Assembly (NCBI GenBank): GCA_963822445.1
Contig: CAWGHO010000001.1
Span: 320,001-384,000, forward strand
Direction of reading: 5' to 3'
Source of the DNA: an uncultured Acidobacteriota bacterium
GTDB lineage: Bacteria; Acidobacteriota; Thermoanaerobaculia; Gp7-AA8
DNA length: 64,000 nucleotides
Below, in pieces: positions 10,180 to 19,893 of this stretch. Each line of letters begins with the position of its first letter. Positions within the stretch are counted from its first letter, which is position 1. Made by a program: the position numbers and the translations under genes. The notes under the pieces are model-generated. The model searched no databases and was not told where the DNA came from. It was given only the letters and a program-made list of their open reading frames with translations.

Positions 10180-11286
10180 GTGAAAAAGTCTACCAGCGTC
10201 GTCACGTGTACGAGCATGCAGAGCAATATCCGTGAAGCCGAGGTGATCGGGATCGATCTTGGAGATCGCGCATCGCACTTCGTGGGTCTGAACAGAAGCG
10301 GCGAAGTAGTGGCCACAGGAAGGGCGACGACGACAGCGACGGCGATCGCCAACGAGTTCGGCGCGATCGGACCAAAGTTGATCGCCATCGAGACAGGTAC
10401 CCACTCTCCTTGGGTCTCGAGACTGCTCACGCAGTTGGGCCATCGCGTAGTCGTGGCCAACTCCCGAAAGCTTCGTCTGATCTACGAAAACCGCCGCAAG
10501 AACGACCGCGTTGACGCCGAGTACCTGGCACGGCTGGTGAGGATGGACCCGAAACTGCTCGAGCCGATCACGCATCGTTCCGAGCGCGACCAGCAGCATC
10601 TGGCACTTCTGCGTTCGCGCGACAAGCTGGTGCGGACTCGCACAGGTCTGATTACGCATGTTCGGGGCACGGTCAAGTCGATCGGTCTGCGGCTGCCGGC
10701 TTGCTCTGCAGAGGCGTTCGTAAGTCGGGCGATGCCTCTGATCCCGAAAGAGCTGAAAGCTGCTCTTGACCCTGTTCTTCGCAACGTCGAGCAGCTGAAC
10801 AAAGACATCGCCGGCTACGACCGCAAGATCGAGCAACTCGCCAGGACCGAGTACCCGGCCGCGAAGCTGCTCATGCAGATCACCGGTGTGGGACCCGTGA
10901 CGTCGGTGGCGTTCGTGGTCACGGTGGGCGACCCGGGCCGGTTCAGGAAAAGTCGCACGGCGGGAGCGTGGGTCGGTCTCACGCCGGGCCAATCCGCCTC
11001 GGGTCAGCAGGACCCCCAGATGAGGATCACCAAAGAAGGAGACAACTATCTGCGACGGCTACTGGTCAGTTGCGCGCAGTACATCCTCGGGCCGAATCGA
11101 CCAGACTCGGATCTGCGCCGGCACGGGTTGGCGCTGGCGGCGCGAGGCGGAAAGAACGCGAAGAAACGAGCCGTGGTCGCGGTCGCACGAAAACTCGCGG
11201 TGCTCATGCACAGGCTGTGGCGTACGGAAGGCGTGTACGAACCTCTGTTCAACGCCAACAGGAGTGCCGAGCACTCAGCAGCTTGA
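10180..11286 (+). CDS. IS110-family transposase/recombinase
   Basis: IGIDLG, IETG, KNDRVDA (DEDD); GLTP..SASG serine; AVVAVARKLA; AGGAG RBS before GTG 10180. Confidence 0.97.
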   Translation: MKKSTSVVTCTSMQSNIREAEVIGIDLGDRASHFVGLNRSGEVVATGRATTTATAIANEFGAIGPKLIAIETGTHSPWVSRLLTQLGHRVVVANSRKLRLIYENRRKNDRVDAEYLARLVRMDPKLLEPITHRSERDQQHLALLRSRDKLVRTRTGLITHVRGTVKSIGLRLPACSAEAFVSRAMPLIPKELKAALDPVLRNVEQLNKDIAGYDRKIEQLARTEYPAAKLLMQITGVGPVTSVAFVVTVGDPGRFRKSRTAGAWVGLTPGQSASGQQDPQMRITKEGDNYLRRLLVSCAQYILGPNRPDSDLRRHGLALAARGGKNAKKRAVVAVARKLAVLMHRLWRTEGVYEPLFNANRSAEHSAA

Positions 11287-11329
11287 GAACCAGGTAGAAC
11301 CGATCAGCAAAGAAAGAAACTCGACTCGA

Positions 11330-11520
11330 TCCCTCATCCGGGTGACTGCGAGCGGCGGCTTGGTCGGCAGCGATGCCAGACCGTGGACCAGATGGCAGCA
11401 CCCAGTTGAATCGGACCTCAGCATGCACCGAGCTCGATCGAGCTCACCAAGAGTGCGAATGGAAGCAAGGTCAGGACGAGCGGCGAGAGACAAAGGAGGG
11501 CGGCGCCACGTCGCCGCCCC
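11330..11520 (+). ncRNA. Putative bridge/seek RNA of the IS110 element
   Basis: Two stem-internal-loop-hairpin units; GCGGCGGCT (11352-11360) is the exact reverse complement of the right flank; ATGGAAG (11459-11465) equals the IS right end; boundaries approximate. Confidence 0.7.
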
Positions 11521-11609
11521 TTGACAGGATCAGGCCTTCTCATGGAAGCCGCCGCAGGTGATTCGCCACTTCACCGGCACGCCGGGAAAAGCGCCTAAGT
11601 GCCCTTGAT

Positions 11610-13154
11610 TCAGCGCCGCCAGCGGATCGTGGCGCCCTCTTTCGGGAAGGGCAGTTCCGTGGAAACAGTCCAACGATCGCCCGAGCGGCGCATGACCCGG
11701 ATCCGGCGATTCGCGTCGAGCGTCGCCGTCGGGACGCGAACGTCTGCCGGCAGCCGCACCCAGCCGGATGGCGTCCGCGTCCAGATCAACTCGTAGTTCG
11801 GCGTGACGAAGAAAAAGGCGTCGTCCTTTCCCGCCGGCCCGAGCGACCAGGAGAGCACGGAGTCGCGCAGGGTGAGCTCGACCGACAAGGGCATGTCCGC
11901 GACGGCATGAGCGCGCACGACGTCGTACTCCTGCCGCAATTCCGGCGGCGGCGGGATGCGGCCGATGACGAAGCCGGGAATCGAGGCGATGACTCGCGGC
12001 GGCTCTTCGCGTTTCACGGTTCGCCGCAGCCACTGCACGCCTTCGATGTACCAGCCATTCGCGTTGGTGAAGAGCGGATCGACGCTCGGCGGCGCGTTCC
12101 AGACGAACAGCCCCGCGCGTTGCCATGATGCGAGGTTCGCGCGAAACGTCTGGCCGTGCAGAACACCGCCGACGGCGAGGCCGATGCAAAGTGCGCCGAA
12201 GACGAGTTGCTCGATTCGCGTTCGTGCCCCGATCGCAGTCAGCACGACCAATACGGCCACGCCGGCGAAGAGATAGCGGCTGTCCAGCGGCGTGAGCCGC
12301 GCAATCGGCAGCAGCACGAACACGATCGCGGCAAAGACAATCAACACAGCACGCCAACGTTCGCGTATGAGTGCGGCGACGAACAGCGCGACGGCCAGCG
12401 TCAGCACACCCAGCGCCGCACGTCCACTGCTCCCCGCGATGACTGTCCATCCGGTGATCACGACATCGATCGGCGACCCGGTCGCGCTGCCGTACCCACC
12501 GAACGAACCGAGAATGGCGATCCGCCAGATTAGGTACGCAATCGCCGCGACACCGCACAACGCACCATCGCGGATCACCGCACGCCGATCGCGTTCCGTC
12601 ACGACGTCCTGAACGACGACGAGCAGCGGCAGCGGGACATAGACCTCTTTCGCCAGACAGGCGATGAAGTACAGCGCGACTCCGACAAGTGCCCGATCGC
12701 GCCGAAACGCAATCATCGCCAGCGCCGCGAGCAACAGGCCGAGCGCGTAGTGCCGGTCCATGATCAGCGTCGCCACGGTGAAGGCCGGCTGCGACAACGC
12801 CAACGCCCCCGCGCCGGCGGCCGCCATGAGCTCATTCGTGAACGTTCGCAGGTACCCGTACACCGCGAGGATCGCCGCCGCGAAAACGAGCAGGTGATGC
12901 GCGTAAAAACCGCGCGGATTGAGCCCGAACAGCGCCAGATCGAGCTCGTTCGCCAGCATGAGCATCGGCGTGAAGCTCGCCGTCGTCTGATGCCGCCACG
13001 CCTCCGCCGATATCAGATGATCGATCGCACGGGAGTGCATGACGCCGTAGAGCAGCTGCGGGTCGTCCCACAGCCACCACTGCGTCAGCACCGTTCCGTG
13101 CGCGACCGCGACGAGGATGACCAGCAGCCCGATCGCGACTGCATCGCGTTTCAT
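11610..13154 (-). CDS. Multi-pass membrane protein (GT-C/PMT-like glycosyltransferase fold)
   Basis: WDD in first loop, GFYAHHLLVF, ACLAKEVY, many TM helices. Confidence 0.7.
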   Translation of the reverse strand: MKRDAVAIGLLVILVAVAHGTVLTQWWLWDDPQLLYGVMHSRAIDHLISAEAWRHQTTASFTPMLMLANELDLALFGLNPRGFYAHHLLVFAAAILAVYGYLRTFTNELMAAAGAGALALSQPAFTVATLIMDRHYALGLLLAALAMIAFRRDRALVGVALYFIACLAKEVYVPLPLLVVVQDVVTERDRRAVIRDGALCGVAAIAYLIWRIAILGSFGGYGSATGSPIDVVITGWTVIAGSSGRAALGVLTLAVALFVAALIRERWRAVLIVFAAIVFVLLPIARLTPLDSRYLFAGVAVLVVLTAIGARTRIEQLVFGALCIGLAVGGVLHGQTFRANLASWQRAGLFVWNAPPSVDPLFTNANGWYIEGVQWLRRTVKREEPPRVIASIPGFVIGRIPPPPELRQEYDVVRAHAVADMPLSVELTLRDSVLSWSLGPAGKDDAFFFVTPNYELIWTRTPSGWVRLPADVRVPTATLDANRRIRVMRRSGDRWTVSTELPFPKEGATIRWRR

Positions 13155-13182
13155 AGAAGGCGGCCCGGAGGCCGCCCTCATC

Positions 13183-15435
13183 CTAGAACAGCAGCCGGTA
13201 CGACAAGCCGATATCGCGTCCCGGCAGCGGCGCGACTTCCTTCAGCGCCGACACGTGCGACCGCGCCAGCGCGTCGGTGAGGTTCGTGCCCCGCAACAGG
13301 ATGTCGTGCACGGTGTTGCCCACGATCAGGCGGTATCCGAGGTGCGCGTTGACCATCGTGTAGCCGTCGGTGGGCGACTCCAGCGGCGCCGTGTCGTCCT
13401 GATCGAACGTCCGCCGCACCTCGGCCATGAGATGCCACGGACCGCCGTGCGTGCGGATGCCGACCGCGACGCGCACCGGCGGGATGCGCGGGAGGTTGCC
13501 GCCGTCGCGCAAGGTCGCGCGCACGTAATCGGCGCTCATGTCCAGCTCCACGTGCGACTCGCGATGGCTGAAGAGATGCGTGTGCGTGGCGATCTCCGCG
13601 CCGCGGAACCGCGCATCGCGCTGCACGAACGCGAAAACCGGGAAGCCATCCGCTTCCTCTCCGGTCGGCTCTTCGTAGATGTAGCCGTCGAAGGCGTTGT
13701 TGAAGAGATTGAGCTCGCCGCGGAAGCGGCCGACGGTGCGGCGCAGGGCGATGTCCAGTCCGAGGCTCGTCTCTTCGTCGAGCATCGGATTGCCGACTTC
13801 GAATTGGCGCGTCGCCGCGTGAGGACCATTCGCGTACAGCTCCGTTGCCGTCGGAAGCCGCACGGCCCGAGCAAGCGACAGCGCGATCGCATATCCCTCG
13901 GCGGGACGCCAGATCCCGCCGACTGAACCGGAGATGCCGCCGAACTCACGGTCCGGCAGGTCGGAGGCGTCGACGCGCACGTGCTGATGCTCGAGCCGCG
14001 CGCCGAACTGAATGTCGAAGGTCTCGCCCGGCAATTCTTCGTACGCGAAGATCGCCGTGGCCCGCGAATCATTCGGCGGGATGTAGGCCTCTTCACCGGC
14101 GGCGACGAAATCGTTCGTGGTCAACTGCGCGCCCCAGGTGCCGCGCACGCGGCCGAAGGTGCGGTGATGCGCCTCGATCCGCCCTTCCAGTCCGTCGTTC
14201 GTGAACCGCGTCCCGACCGAGCCGTCCGGCTCGAGCTCGACATGCTCGTAATCGGACAGGCCCATGCGCACCCGCACGGTCTGGAAGATGGCCAGGTCGG
14301 TCAACTCGCCCTTGAAATCAAGGCGCTGCGACTCCATGTCGATGGTGACGCCGCCCTCTTCCTCTTCTTCCTCTTCCCCTTCTTCACCTTCGTGATGATG
14401 GTGGCCGGGGACGCCGTAGTTCGTGGTGAACCTGGTGAAGGCCGCGCCGAAGAAGCCGCGATCGGCGATGTACGAGCCGCCGACCGTGCCCGAGCGCGTT
14501 TCGAGCGCGCTGTTTTCGAGCACACCCTCGAAATGGTCGGGATCATCATCGGGATCCGCGGGACCGGGAATCGAGTAATCGTTCGTATCGCGGAGGGAAA
14601 GGTCCGCATGCCACGCGAACTTGTTCTCTCCGCCGTTCAGGGAGAGGCCCGTGCTCTTTTCTTCAGCTGCGCTTCCGTACCGCAGATCGAGATTGCCGCT
14701 GATGGCCTGCGCGCTGGTCTCGTTCGGAATGCGATCGCTGATCACGTTCACCACGCCGCCGACGGCGTTGCTGCCGTAGAGGAGCGTCGCCGGTCCGCGG
14801 ACGATCTCGATCTGCTCGGCGTTGCCGGGATCGACGCTCACGGCGTGATCGGGGCTGATGTTCGAGACGTCGCCGGTGCCGACGCCTTCTTCGAGCACGC
14901 GGATGCGGTCCGCGCCGAGGCCGCGGATGACGGGGCGGCTCGCGCCGGCGCCGAACGAGGTCGACGAAACGCCCGGCTCCTGCGCCAGCGTCTCGCCGAT
15001 GGTCGGCTGCAGCTTCGCGGCAAGCTCCTCCTCACCGAGCACGTTCACGGCTTGATAAACCTCCGACTCGCGCCGCGAATCAGCGCTGGCCGTGACCACG
15101 ATCTCCTCCGCGTGCACCAGCGGATCGATCACGATCTCGACGGTGCGCGTCTCCCCGGCTTGCACGTCGGCTTCGCCGAGGGTGAAGCCGAGGCGGGGGC
15201 TCTCGGCGCGGACGTGATAGTGCCGGGGCGGAACGTTGTCGAATCGAAACGAACCGTCGGCGCCGGTGATGACGCTGCGGCGCAGCTCGACGAGCGTCAC
15301 CGTCGCGCCGGCGACCGGTTGGGCCTGGGGGTCATAGACCTTGCCGACGACCGTGGCTGTGCGCTGTGCAAAAACAGGAAAAACAATGAGGAAAAGCAGA
15401 ATTGCGCGGCCGAACCGCGCGAGGGGAGCTCGCAT
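13183..15435 (-). CDS. TonB-dependent receptor, ZnuD-like (His/Glu-rich loop)
   Basis: RPVIRGL, IEIVRGPATLLYGSNAVGGVVN plug; HHHHEGEEGEEEEEEE loop; C-terminal YRLLF. Confidence 0.93.
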   Translation of the reverse strand: MRAPLARFGRAILLFLIVFPVFAQRTATVVGKVYDPQAQPVAGATVTLVELRRSVITGADGSFRFDNVPPRHYHVRAESPRLGFTLGEADVQAGETRTVEIVIDPLVHAEEIVVTASADSRRESEVYQAVNVLGEEELAAKLQPTIGETLAQEPGVSSTSFGAGASRPVIRGLGADRIRVLEEGVGTGDVSNISPDHAVSVDPGNAEQIEIVRGPATLLYGSNAVGGVVNVISDRIPNETSAQAISGNLDLRYGSAAEEKSTGLSLNGGENKFAWHADLSLRDTNDYSIPGPADPDDDPDHFEGVLENSALETRSGTVGGSYIADRGFFGAAFTRFTTNYGVPGHHHHEGEEGEEEEEEEGGVTIDMESQRLDFKGELTDLAIFQTVRVRMGLSDYEHVELEPDGSVGTRFTNDGLEGRIEAHHRTFGRVRGTWGAQLTTNDFVAAGEEAYIPPNDSRATAIFAYEELPGETFDIQFGARLEHQHVRVDASDLPDREFGGISGSVGGIWRPAEGYAIALSLARAVRLPTATELYANGPHAATRQFEVGNPMLDEETSLGLDIALRRTVGRFRGELNLFNNAFDGYIYEEPTGEEADGFPVFAFVQRDARFRGAEIATHTHLFSHRESHVELDMSADYVRATLRDGGNLPRIPPVRVAVGIRTHGGPWHLMAEVRRTFDQDDTAPLESPTDGYTMVNAHLGYRLIVGNTVHDILLRGTNLTDALARSHVSALKEVAPLPGRDIGLSYRLLF

Positions 15436-15480
15436 GACTTGATTTCTCCGATTTCAAACGGCGTGAACGCGCGGGGCGGT

Positions 15481-15723
15481 TCAGACGGCCGGCGGCGCCC
15501 GGGCGGGCAGCTCGCCCGTGAGCGTCGCGGAAACGGAGATGGGAACGTACTCGACGTGAGTCGCGGCAACCGGCGCGTACGGCGCAACGCCTGGTGCATC
15601 GAGATGCGGCACCGCGCCGTGCGCGCACGGGCAATCCTGTTCGGCGAAGTGGACGAGCGGATGGATGGCCGCCGTCGCCAGGAGCAGGATCGCAATCAGT
15701 ACGCGGGTGCGGGTCAACATCAA
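15481..15723 (-). CDS. DUF2946/CruR-like leader peptide with RAPP arrest motif
   Basis: Hydrophobic N-terminus, H..H...DCPCAH, C-terminal LPARAPPAV, directly upstream of the TBDR. Confidence 0.75.
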   Translation of the reverse strand: MMLTRTRVLIAILLLATAAIHPLVHFAEQDCPCAHGAVPHLDAPGVAPYAPVAATHVEYVPISVSATLTGELPARAPPAV

Positions 15724-15766
15724 GCGCGGAGAATAACGCAGTCCGCGTCCATATACTCCCGGCGCT

Positions 15767-16309
15767 ATGCAGCTCGACGCCTTCCTTCGCCCTCTGTATC
15801 AGGATCTTGACGGCCATTCGCGAGCGGACGAGATCGAGCGGATCGCGAAGATCGCCCGCACGCTCTACCAGCCGGCCTCACCCGCGGACCAGCAAGCCCT
15901 CGACCTCCTTCTCCGCTTCCACCGCCTCGGCAACTGGCTGGACAAAGTCGGCAACCTCACCCGGACCGCGCTGGCCGTTGAGGGGGTGACTGAAGGTGAG
16001 CTGCGTCAGACCGCGGCATCGATCCGGCGGCTGGAAAATCCGGTGAGCGAGGCGGAGCGGGCGGTGGCCGCGGCGATTCTCATCGACGGCGCGGGTGTGC
16101 GCGGTCTGGCTGAATCCTTTGCCCGCGCGCGCCGTGAAGGAAGCTCGCAGATGGACGTGCTGCGTAACGTGCTCTCCGATGTGTTCATCCCCGACTGGCT
16201 TCCCGACAGTGCCGAGGATTGGCTGTATGCGCGGCGCGAAGCGCGACGCGAAGTGTGCAAGCGTTTGCTGGAAGAGTTGTCGCTCGACGACTACGTTCCG
16301 CGCCCTTAG
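15767..16309 (+). CDS. Hypothetical protein, degenerate HD-domain-like
   Basis: Helical pattern resembling HD hydrolases (IDGAGVRGLAESF) without the HD dyad; TATACT 9 nt upstream. Confidence 0.6.
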   Translation: MQLDAFLRPLYQDLDGHSRADEIERIAKIARTLYQPASPADQQALDLLLRFHRLGNWLDKVGNLTRTALAVEGVTEGELRQTAASIRRLENPVSEAERAVAAAILIDGAGVRGLAESFARARREGSSQMDVLRNVLSDVFIPDWLPDSAEDWLYARREARREVCKRLLEELSLDDYVPRP

Positions 16310-17193
16310 GGACAGTGCTCGTAAAGCATCGTCAGAAAGCCATCGAGCTTCTTGTAGAACGTCTCCGGCTGCTCGAGCCAGGGGAAGTGTCCGGCGTTTT
16401 CGATCATCACCAGCTCTGATCCGGGAAACGTCTCGTGCACTTCCTGCGCGCTCTCGAGCGGGTCCTGCTTGCCGTGAATCACGAGCACCGGGGCCTGCAC
16501 CTTTTCGAGACCGGCGCGGAGATCGAGGGCCATCATCTGCGGAACGATGGCCCAGAACGTGGCATCGCGAAATGACTCGGTGGTCATCGGATCGGTGAGC
16601 AGTTTCGCTTTCGAGCGGTCGGCAAAGTAGGCCGCGGTCTTCGCCTTGGTGATCTCCAGCACGGCCCGGGCGGGATCGTCTTTCTTCCGCGCCGTCCACT
16701 CGGCGATGGCCGCCTTCTCTTCCGCGGTGAAGCGCGACTCGAGGTTGGCGTTGAACTTCATCAGCGACTTGAGCGTCGGTCCGCCGGAATCGATCAGGAC
16801 GAGCATCCCCGTTCGATCGGGATGCTCGCGGGCATACATCATCGAGACGATCCCGCCGAAGGAATGGCCGACGAGCACGAGCGAACGTTCGTCGAGATGG
16901 TTGCGCAGCGCTTCGAGATCTTCGACGAGCTTCGGCATTTGCAGCGACGTCGCGCCCGATGACTTTCCCGTTCCGCGCTGGTGCAGAAGGATGAACTGGT
17001 ACTTCTCCGCGAGCTGGTCCGCGATCGGCCGGAGGTAGTCCGGCGAGAAGCCCGGTCCGCCGGAGAGAAGCACGACCGGCGCACCCTTTCCGACGACGTT
17101 GTAGTGAATGATCGTGCCGTCGGCGGACTTGAAGGTCTCCGCCGCCAGCGGCAATACGAAAAGGGAAAGCGCGAGGATTCTGAGCGTCGACAT
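16306..17193 (-). CDS. Secreted alpha/beta hydrolase (proline iminopeptidase-like)
   Basis: LSGGPG, GHSFGG nucleophile, HGKQD, AGHFPWLE. Confidence 0.92.
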   Translation of the reverse strand: MSTLRILALSLFVLPLAAETFKSADGTIIHYNVVGKGAPVVLLSGGPGFSPDYLRPIADQLAEKYQFILLHQRGTGKSSGATSLQMPKLVEDLEALRNHLDERSLVLVGHSFGGIVSMMYAREHPDRTGMLVLIDSGGPTLKSLMKFNANLESRFTAEEKAAIAEWTARKKDDPARAVLEITKAKTAAYFADRSKAKLLTDPMTTESFRDATFWAIVPQMMALDLRAGLEKVQAPVLVIHGKQDPLESAQEVHETFPGSELVMIENAGHFPWLEQPETFYKKLDGFLTMLYEHCP

Positions 17194-17299
17194 CGCCGCA
17201 TACGTTCGCACGAATCGTGTTATATGTGACCTCCCACCTTTACTTCAGCAGTTCCTGAATGCAGCAGATCCTGCATGCATACTCCCCTGGAGGCGCTGC

Positions 17300-19891
17300 G
17301 TGCAGAGTCCGAGCTACCGGTCTTTCTTCTTCGTCGTCGTTCTTCTGATTCTTTCCCCGCTGGCGCATGCGGAGCATCTGCAGGGCACCTGGAGCGGGAC
17401 TCACGAGACCGAATACACCTACTGCTCCGCGAAGCCGAAAGTATCCGGAAAGGCGCTGCTGATCCTCGGCCACGACAACTTGACCGTCGCCGGAAGCTTG
17501 ACGACCGAGGCGGAGCGAACCGAGGGCTGTAAGTTGACACCGAGAGGTGCCTTCACCGTCGAGTTGAGCGGACCCGTGATCGGCGTCAACTTCAAGGCCG
17601 ATATTACATACCCGGGCGAGGGTGTCATCGGGACCGCGACCGGCACGTTCTCGTCGGGCTTCCCGAACACGATGGTCCTGGTTCTGAACCTGACTCCCGA
17701 AGCCCCGTTCTCCATCGTGGCGACGCTGACGAAAGAGGAGCCCAGGCCCGAGGCGAATCCGAACGTCGTGGTCTCTTCGTTTCCCACCGGCATGATCCAG
17801 CGGACCGGTGAAGCGACGGCCGCGGACAGCTTCACCCTGACCAACACCGGCACCGCGCCGGCGGAAGTCGTCGTCTCCACCATCAGCGATTTCATCGTCC
17901 TCCCCGTGCTCACCGTGACCATCGCTCCGGGCGGCACGCACGTCATCGGTTTCCGATCAACGGCCCAGTCGACAGCGGGCGGGCGCTTCGGCGAGATCAC
18001 CGTCCAGGGTGGCGCCATCCTGACCATCCCCGTCAGCCTGCTCACCGGCGAGACGTCATTGGGCGAGATCCGCCCCACCGCTCCAACCGTCCGCCCCGAA
18101 ACCGTCGCTCCCGCGACTCAGAAGAGGATCACCGGCAGAGCTGTCTTCACGAACAGCAGCACCACAGACCTCCTGGCGATTGCGGTCGCCGACGTTCCCT
18201 GGATCTCGTTTGAACGGGAAGCGCTCGAGTTCCCGGCCGGAAAAACCGTCACTGTCTTTTACGAAGTCGATCGCGACAAACGGCTCGACGCGGACTCGCT
18301 GATCGGCGGCGCGGCCGCGAAGATCTCGCTGCGCTTCGTCGGCGGATCAACAGCGAGCGCGAAGTCGATTACGCCGCACGGCAGCACCAACAGCACGGTC
18401 TCCGTCCAGATCGTCGATGCGGTAAAGCCCGGCGTCACATCAGGCGCGATCCCGGCACCGATCCCCGGCGAGATCATCTACTTCATCGCCGGCCTCGACG
18501 GACGAGGGAGCAGGCTGACCGATCTGCTGCTGTCCAATCGCGGCACCGCGAAGACGACCGACCTCAGGATGTACTTCTCCACCTTCGCACCGGGCTCGGT
18601 GGCGAAGCTCCTGAACAACGTCGCCGGCTTCGATCCGAACGTGGCCGTGGCGTTTCCGTCGATGGCGAAGAACGTTTTCGACGCCGCCGGTCAGGTCGGA
18701 ACGCTGCAGATTCGAGGAACGAGCGCGAGCGGCATGGCCATCGCGGCGGTGCAGCTGTCGTCGACGGTCGATGGGCGTTACGCGACCGTCCTGCCGGTGC
18801 TCCGTTCCGATCGTGCCGCCGGCGCCGGCGAGCGCATTACCCTGGCGGGCGTCGAGGAGAACGCGACCGCGCACACGGCGCTGTTCATTCAGGAAGTCGC
18901 GGGCGTCCGCGGAAGCATTCAAATCGACTTCATGAGCTCCTCCGGCGCGCTGCTCCTGCCGGCGCGTCCGGCCGACTCGGTGAACGGCCACGCATTGCTG
19001 GAAGCAACGGTTCCCGCGGGAGCGGCGGTCGCGCGCATCACCGTCGCCAGCGACGCGGGGGCCGCGCGGTTCGCAGCGTACGCGCTGGTCACCGATGACG
19101 ACACCGGCGACTCCTGGGTAGTGTCGGACCTGATCCGCGGCAGCAGTCCGCCGTCGAACGCGTTCGTCGTACCGCTCGTCGATGTCGACGGCCAGTCGCC
19201 GCGGCGCACGGTGTATCTCACCAACTCAGGGACGTCCGCCGTCGACGCGACGTTCGAGGAGGTCGCCCAGTCCGCGCGCCGCCGCACCGTCGTTCACGGA
19301 TTCGCGCCGGCCGTCGATGCGACGCTGCTCATCCAGCCGGAACAGACCATCACGCCGTCGATCTCGATCGGCAACGGCTACCTGCGCTTCTCCTCGCCTT
19401 CGGGCACGCTGGCCGGAAGCGCGCGGTCGCTCGCCGATCGACCCGCGTCCGGAGGATCCTTCGGCACCGGCCTCATTGCGCTGCCCGTGACCGCATCCAT
19501 CGGCAACGGCGAATCGAAACGGATCACCGGCATCGACGACGCATCGGACGCCTCACGCGTCGCCGCGACCCACGGAACGTATCGCTCGACGCTGATCCTC
19601 GTCGAAACCGCCGGCGAGCGCGCGACCGTGCGTCTGACGCTTCGCTATGTCTTCGCGAGCGGAACGAAGGTCAGCGCGTTCGGCACGGCGATCAAAGAGA
19701 TCAGCATCGGCGCAAAGCAGATGCTGACCCTCCCCGACCTGGCCCGGGCCATCCTCGGCCATCAACGCAACGCGTTCGGAGACCTGATCAACTCGCAACT
19801 CGACATCGAGGTGATCGACGGTAACGGACGGGTGGGAGCGATGGTGCAGTCCGTCGACAACGGCAGCGGGGACGTGTTGATGCGCGAGTGA
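17300..19891 (+). CDS. Large secreted multidomain protein (Ig/BACON-like domains)
   Basis: GGAGG RBS before GTG 17300; signal peptide; FTLTNTG and DVPWIS Ig-like motifs; VDNGSGD end; internal SARRRTVVH. Confidence 0.8.
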   Translation: MQSPSYRSFFFVVVLLILSPLAHAEHLQGTWSGTHETEYTYCSAKPKVSGKALLILGHDNLTVAGSLTTEAERTEGCKLTPRGAFTVELSGPVIGVNFKADITYPGEGVIGTATGTFSSGFPNTMVLVLNLTPEAPFSIVATLTKEEPRPEANPNVVVSSFPTGMIQRTGEATAADSFTLTNTGTAPAEVVVSTISDFIVLPVLTVTIAPGGTHVIGFRSTAQSTAGGRFGEITVQGGAILTIPVSLLTGETSLGEIRPTAPTVRPETVAPATQKRITGRAVFTNSSTTDLLAIAVADVPWISFEREALEFPAGKTVTVFYEVDRDKRLDADSLIGGAAAKISLRFVGGSTASAKSITPHGSTNSTVSVQIVDAVKPGVTSGAIPAPIPGEIIYFIAGLDGRGSRLTDLLLSNRGTAKTTDLRMYFSTFAPGSVAKLLNNVAGFDPNVAVAFPSMAKNVFDAAGQVGTLQIRGTSASGMAIAAVQLSSTVDGRYATVLPVLRSDRAAGAGERITLAGVEENATAHTALFIQEVAGVRGSIQIDFMSSSGALLLPARPADSVNGHALLEATVPAGAAVARITVASDAGAARFAAYALVTDDDTGDSWVVSDLIRGSSPPSNAFVVPLVDVDGQSPRRTVYLTNSGTSAVDATFEEVAQSARRRTVVHGFAPAVDATLLIQPEQTITPSISIGNGYLRFSSPSGTLAGSARSLADRPASGGSFGTGLIALPVTASIGNGESKRITGIDDASDASRVAATHGTYRSTLILVETAGERATVRLTLRYVFASGTKVSAFGTAIKEISIGAKQMLTLPDLARAILGHQRNAFGDLINSQLDIEVIDGNGRVGAMVQSVDNGSGDVLMRE

Positions 19892-19893
19892 GG

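Larger units (their letters stand above)
10094..11548 (+). mobile_element. IS110-family insertion sequence, IS1111-type
   Basis: DEDD transposase; sub-terminal 11-bp IR ATGAGAAGGCC (10101-10111) / GGCCTTCTCAT (11533-11543); AG core at both ends; TTGACA at 11521; long 3' non-coding end. Confidence 0.92.

Noticed and set aside
11521-11548. Complete junction promoter of the IS circle
   Set aside because: TTGACA is clear, but the -10 formed at the junction (GGAAGA/GAAGAT) is poor, so it is not called
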